Shown: piece by piece, positions 30,094 through 36,287 of the stretch
Position numbering within the stretch: position 1 is the stretch's first letter
Layout: every line of letters starts with the position of its first letter
NCBI GenBank assembly: GCA_032718475.1
Contig: JAUCBJ010005469.1
Coordinates: 1 to 36,287 of the forward strand
Origin: Nemertoderma westbladi
Taxonomy: Eukaryota; Animalia; Xenacoelomorpha
Reading direction: 5' to 3'
DNA: 36,287 nt
Notes under the pieces: model-generated
Told to the model about the DNA's origin: nothing
What the model saw: the letters and a program-made list of their open reading frames with translations, nothing else
The model's database searches: none
Made by a program: the position numbers and the translations under genes

Positions 30094-32204
30094 TGAATAA
30101 CTCCACATACTATCCCAGCTCAACCGGCCCAAAAATGTTTCTCCTTGACTCAGTGTCCTTGCCTGTATTCCTAACAATTAGTGTTGATGACAGTGTTGAT
30201 AACAGCTAAGAGTGTTGAAAGACATAAAAGACATGTTATTGGAAATATGGTTCACCAAATATATTGTCAAAAAAACAGAATGATGGGGTCTTTGTTTTTT
30301 TGACGATATCCATGAAGTACATTGTATTTCTTATACCAACTAACTTTGGGTGAAGGGTACCAATCCATTGTACCTATCCATACCTATAGATCCTATATAT
30401 GTGTTGTAAAAACAACCTCCATGTGTTGTTGGTATAAAAGATGATATGTGGAAACATGGGAAGGACACTGAGGAAAATACATAAAGTAGGAAATGCACTA
30501 TGATTTGTAATATTATTAAGAGTCATAAGAGTCCAAAGTCTCTGTAAAGCATGATGGCTACTATTCAATATTTTTTTTATATTTTTGATCAAATCTAGCA
30601 TAATCGAGATTTTTGATCAGCATTCCCATTCATGCTTCTGTCTCCACACCCATACCCACGCCTATCCCACGACGACTATCACATGCCATTGCATATTTAC
30701 CATTTGCAGTTACTGACCTTACAAAAATTAGAAATGGAAAATGTACAAGAGTCTCTCCTTATAAATTAACAATTCCGTCAGTCATCAGATTGGGTTTGCA
30801 AGTTGTATATGTAACATTTATGCAATAACTGAATAAGTTACTGCATCATCCTTGATAAGGAGATGAGTTCTCTTAATCGATAGAAAAAGTAAACATTTAT
30901 TTAGAAACAATCGTTTCTAACATTGAACCCAGCTTTCCCATTCAGTTAAAACATCAGATATTGGTAATATTTTTAGATAATCATGTATGCTCTATGCATT
31001 ATATATCTGAATGAAAAATGTATGTCTTGTAAATCTAAGTACATAACACATTGATAGTAGTAAGTGTGATTACAATATAACAATTTAGCAATTTATTATT
31101 ATTTGTTATTATTTACTGGGAAAAACTGAATTCACATGAAGTACTGGGGATGTGAATGGGAAAGTTGGGAAACTGGGAAAGCTACCTGTATCAGGGCACT
31201 TTGCCCTCTCCATTCCTGATAATTAAGCTTCAACAGCACCCAAGTGCATCTTCCTTGGTGAGTCTGGAGTGAGCCAGTTCTTATTAAATATGATGCAGAT
31301 GGTGAAATTATAAATTCGTTTTAATGTATGATTGCAATCTTTATTGACATCTTTCTGCAGAACTGTGAATATATAACTTCTGCCTGGGTCTTTTGGTGTG
31401 CATGGTCCCAATGAGTTTGCGCAGTGAATTACAATGTATCACAAGGGTCACCATGATGAACTTCCGCAGTCAAGAACTTCCACAGTATTATCATTGTCAT
31501 GAATGTTGTGCATTCGCACTTGGGTTATGAAACTTAAGTATTGGGTTTCAAAGTTTCTTCTTGAAATGAGCAACTTGTTTATTCTTAATTTGAATCCCCC
31601 TTACCCTCTTCGCATGCTCATGACGTGACCTCTCGAAGTATATACTTAATGTATTTAATAATTTTCTTGAGTGGACGACCATTGACACTCTCACCAGTAA
31701 ATCCACAGGCTCGTAGTTTATAAAAAAAATCATGGATATGGGGGACCTCTGTTAGTAAACAATTATTAAAGGTTGATGATTGTTTTGAGAGATGCAGGTT
31801 TTATAAAACTCAAAATATCGAGTTAGATATACAGATTCGGAATAATCAAATTCCGAATCGATTCAAATTCAGAATCGCTCAGAGGCCAGTCTCTGAGATA
31901 CTGTGAGACACATGGTTGATGATTGGTCATTATTTCAATCAAATCCTTAGAAAATTATTCTTTGTGGACCTCCAACAAAATTTGGCTAGGTGGTTCTGAA
32001 GAAGCTTCTCCAATGCATGATTATATATAATTCTTAATAAACATGTATATAAAGTATATATTAAGTAAGTTGGCGCTTGACGCTTTTCTTGGCAGATCGG
32101 ATATCCTTCAATAGTTCAGAATTCTACAAAAAGAATCCCAAAGAGCGTTTATAACAATTCCTGACCTATTAGTATCTAAAGATCGAGTACTCAAAGCCCT
32201 AGAT

Positions 32205-32445
32205 CTGACAGAGAAGAATCCATTTCCTGGTGGAATAGAAGCGGGATTTACAGTCCAACCATCAGAACGAAGTGGAAGAATGTCCAGCTCCAAAGAGGCG
32301 ATATTACAATACAGTCCAGCTCCAAAGAGGCGATATTACAATACACTTGTCACCACATAAAGAAACAAAGAAACTCTGCTGTTTCGTCAAGAAATCCTTC
32401 TAAGTGCAAAATCTTTTTAGCAAAAAGAATCACTGATGTACAACA
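32205..32445 (+). pseudogene. Possible eroded piggyBac-like transposase C-terminus
   Basis: QRRIHFLVE*KRDL...PAPKRRYYN/TCHHIKKQRNS...SKCKIFL resembles the RR.FL..L helix and Cys-rich domain. Contains a 32-bp tandem duplication (32282-32345). No DDD core seen. Confidence 0.3.
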
Positions 32446-34372
32446 AAGAAGTGGCACAAATTATTAAACTGTCGAAGACACCTAATTCCCAATAACTAAT
32501 TAACGCTGGGAGAGAATTGGTTTCTAAAAATTTGGGAAAGTCACTGTCAAGCAATTTGCCAATGATGTATTACATTTTTTTGAGCAACATGGCAACATAA
32601 TAATAGTTGAAAATGTTACCAGGACTTGTATATTTAACATTACTACATACTTAAGGAAGTTCCAGGGGCAGCATATTGAACCAACTAATTTAGGCACTAC
32701 ATACATTTAGAAAGAGCAATCAAATAAAATGCCACAAATTACTAATGAACTATGTAGTAGCCTGTCCCTAAAACCTGTTAGCATGCTGTGCATTGCACTA
32801 AACGCTGTCAGTAAAGTCAACTATGATCCACGATCTGCTGTTGCAAAGTTCTCAATTATGAGAGATGAAACAAGCAACCTGATGCAGAAGTATATACTCA
32901 ATTTTATTCCTATTCGAAATTTCAAATTATTAACCATTATTTAACCGTTATGCACTACTAACCTTTGTTTCTCATTTAGTTTAGCTGCTATGTACTGTGT
33001 TCATGTGACTAAGGTGTTAGAATTATCTGAATCTTAGATGTTTACCACTGGAGATGCAGTTTATTAATTATTGTTGATAATTAATTTTAATTTCTGGTGT
33101 AATTCAGAGTGTGTTCATTGTATATCCGTTATTTGTCATTTATAAAAATATTAGGAATTAGACTATCCTTCGTTTCATAGTTAGTTTAAAAACTGTTATG
33201 TACTAACCTTATCTGTTTATCAGACTTTATAGGCCTACTAAACTTACGTTTCTCAGTTAGTTTACTGTTATATGTATACTTTCATTTCTCAGTTAGTTTA
33301 ACTTATAAAGTAAATCTGAGGCAGGGTGATGTGGGCATGTGATAGACACACATGCGGCACTGGGCGGTGGGCAAAAGGCAGGTAAGACTGCACCTACATT
33401 GACACCTGGCTTGCATCCCAAAACACTAAGATTGGTTTATTTGTTTATTAGTTATTATGTTTATTGGTTTATTTATTAACAAACTTTGAAGCGCCAACAT
33501 TTCCTGAATCATTTACAACTCTATGATTAATATATTTTCGGATGCCTAGGCAAAGTAGCCCTTATGAGTGAGCAGCATCAGTAGTGACAATGGCATTGCT
33601 GAGTGTCTGGTATGATCTGGCACAGTATGCATAAACATCTTGCCTGCAATATACCACCAACCAGCAGTCATTTTCGAAGATGGTACTTGCCTTTACTTAC
33701 TGAGGTCTCATCTACTTGGAAGTTTATAAATGTCCCTTTATTTATAGGTCTTGTAGTTATTGAATAAGGCAATATTTTCATAACGTAGTTAATATAGTCG
33801 GTTGTAAAGGCAAACACAACAACTAGCCCTGGCAACTAAATAACCCCACCATTCATGCCCTTAGCAAGCAGAACAGTAGGTTGGGCCTATAATGTACCAG
33901 GCCTACATCAAAGCCCAATACAGATAGAAAGAATACTGAGTGAGACAGACTATAGATATACTACAGTATTATGGAGCCAACCATTACAGTTAACCAATAC
34001 AGCAAACTTAAACAGGTCTATAACTACTGTACTAGAGTAGAGTAGTCTGGTAGTAGGATATCTAGGGAGTAGATATCTTAAGAACGGACCAAGCTATGAA
34101 CAAACTTCAGATTTATAATCCTGATGAAATTTTGCATTGGATAAAATTAAAAAATGTATAAAAAATCATAGGTGTTGTGTACCAAATAGATTTGCGCAAA
34201 CCTTCCTAATAGTTGGATTTTAGGGCAGCTAGGGAAGGTTCACCTATAAGGAATAATCCAAAATTATGTATAGGGAAATACCACTTTTTAATTATTTTGA
34301 AATGTTGACCTTTTTGGAAATATTTTGCAGTTTTTGACACATTTTTCGAATTTAAAAATTCCTACTTCCCAG

Positions 34373-34600
34373 TTGGTCTTTGTGGGGCGAGCCACGAAGT
34401 GAGAGAGCCTTAGCGTAGTGGTACCATTAATCAACCTGTCGTTCTGTCGTTCTGTCGTTCTGTCGCGTTTTTTTTCAGTATTTTATTTTAAACGTTAATA
34501 ACTCGGCCAATCCTTGATGAAATCTATCCAAACTTGGTACACATGTTGTTTGGCAAAAGTTTGAAAATTTTCCAAGTAGAATTTGCGTGGGGCCTTCGTG
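34373..34600 (+). mobile_element. HINE/DINE-1-like non-autonomous Helentron-associated element, 5' portion (3' boundary unknown)
   Basis: ttggtcttt start, then a (ctgtcgtt)n microsatellite at 34436-34465, then aataactc...gatgaaatctatccaaacttggtacacatg, typical of the HINE conserved block. A similar block lies at ~34074-34140. Confidence 0.55.
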
Positions 34601-36287
34601 CAGCATCAGTGTAACTGTTATTGTAGTTATAATATATTTATTTATCCAAAATTAACATGCGTTAAATTATTATTACTGTAGGATAAATCAGCTGGTTTTC
34701 TGACAAATTTTGCAAAACATAGGGGCTGTCTGCCAATCTGCATGTACCATTTGTACCGGTACTGTCAGGCTGTAATACAGGTCAGCCGGTACCATACACT
34801 GCAGACATGCCATATCATGTAATCTAAACATGGCCCCGGAAACCCTTGCGGTGATTATAGTTTAGGCCTAATTAGCCTAGTAGTACCGGTAATAATAATA
34901 TAATAGTTTAGATAGTTCAGTAGTTACCGCTAATCATTCAGTCATTGGCACGGTACACCGTATTGCTGTACTGCCGTTCAGCCGTTGTAGTGCGCACCGT
35001 AGGTACCACCCATGCGTAGGCTTACTGTGCTGATTATGGTTTGATTGATTGATTGTTTTTTACACATAATTAAACCTTTTAAAATTCACAATAATACATT
35101 TATAAAGATTACGTTACGATATTAGGCCTACAGTACAAGTAGGCCTAATAACACTAGATATTTAGGAGCACCAATACTGATTTATGTAGATAGTCAACTT
35201 ATAAAATGTTTATTTACTTACATAAAAGGTTCTAGTGTAAGGATAGCCTCATGAGGTATATACCTCGTTTCCATGAGGGTCCTATAATAATTTTCATACT
35301 CTAATATTTAAAGCTAGTCAGACTGTGGTACCTAAGCTATATACTGTTAGGTATATTGCTGTATTGGGGTGGGGTTAGGAATAATCCATTTGTTTTAGCA
35401 TTGAACTGTTGAATCCCCTTATTTATTATAAAACCATTGGAAATATTCGCAAAATGCCGCTCCATTACTGTCTGATGTCTGAAACGCTCCCGACAGTCCG
35501 ATGTATCTGGACCCGAGCAGCCGAGTTGCTTCAAGAGGTGATTAACGGGGGAATACTACGGAATTGCTTGTTTGTCAGTACGATTCTATTTGGGTATTTA
35601 CTACACTCAGACACTGGGAATACGGCGGTCGGTCAGATCGTAATGCGGGCCACTGCCAAGTTCATCATGCCTCACTCCGGTCACCCACCTTGGAGTGCGG
35701 TGGGAAGAGTCCCACTTACTGACTTACGTCGACGACTGGACGAATCGACGAGGATTGCGATCTGGGTTTAGCGGCGGCCCGGATCCTGGGATCTCCTGGG
35801 GGAAATGGTTGAACGTTGGGCAGTCGTTATCGCACTGGATTACGTTCTCTGTGACGCGAAAGTGTGAAGCGAATTCGTTGTCGAATTGGGTCGGAAGCTG
35901 CGGGAATTCTACTGTTCTACGGGAGTAAACCGCAGCGGTCCGGTGACTCTGACTACGGACGGATACTACTGGGATAAGCAGGTATTTCGATAGAGTTTCT
36001 CGTATTCTCGATGCTCGAGGCGGATAGAGAGTTGGTTGTGTTGGGCGGTGTTGTTCAATTCTATCAAACATATTAAATAATTGGTAAAATAATAAAAACA
36101 CACCAGATAAAGATACTGAGCTTATGGTAAAGAGATAGGCCGAACTTACAATTTCCAAATAGATTGTTCATATAATAAATATATTTTTGGTATTTGATTT
36201 CAAGATAAGGGGGGGGGGGGCTGGACGCAATAAAAATTCATCCCTCTCCAGGGGAAATTGGACGCAAATAACAACAGCTGATTACTC

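Noticed and set aside
30300-31800. Short ORFs as a gene
   Set aside because: Coding-like but heavily eroded, with no recognisable motif in any frame.

Overview
AT-rich eukaryotic DNA, most likely from an invertebrate animal, made almost entirely of nested transposable elements. I find no confident host gene, rRNA, true tRNA or CRISPR array. From left to right: (1) a decayed RTE-type non-LTR retrotransposon, split by (2) a complete intron-containing hAT DNA transposon with TIRs and a target-site duplication; (3) a young ~11 kb Bel/Pao LTR element that keeps a very long gag-protease frame but has lost RT, most of RNase H and integrase, and instead has a 3.3 kb structured leader, a cluster of consensus splice donors, a hairpin-rich 3' region with a duplicated co-varying stem-loop, and a decayed accessory ORF; (4) a GC-rich 24-bp minisatellite, a tRNA/Nin-core SINE, a second Bel/Pao fragment and a second RTE 3' fragment; (5) a ~5.4 kb degenerate Helitron-like Rep-helicase with an unrecognised N-terminus; (6) a 1.3 kb foldback/MULE-like element whose arms are themselves palindromic 15-mer arrays; (7) eroded remnants, including a possible piggyBac C-terminus and a HINE/DINE-like element. 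The RT-less Bel/Pao element is the best candidate for an undescribed system. All family assignments come from motif recognition by eye, not database searches.
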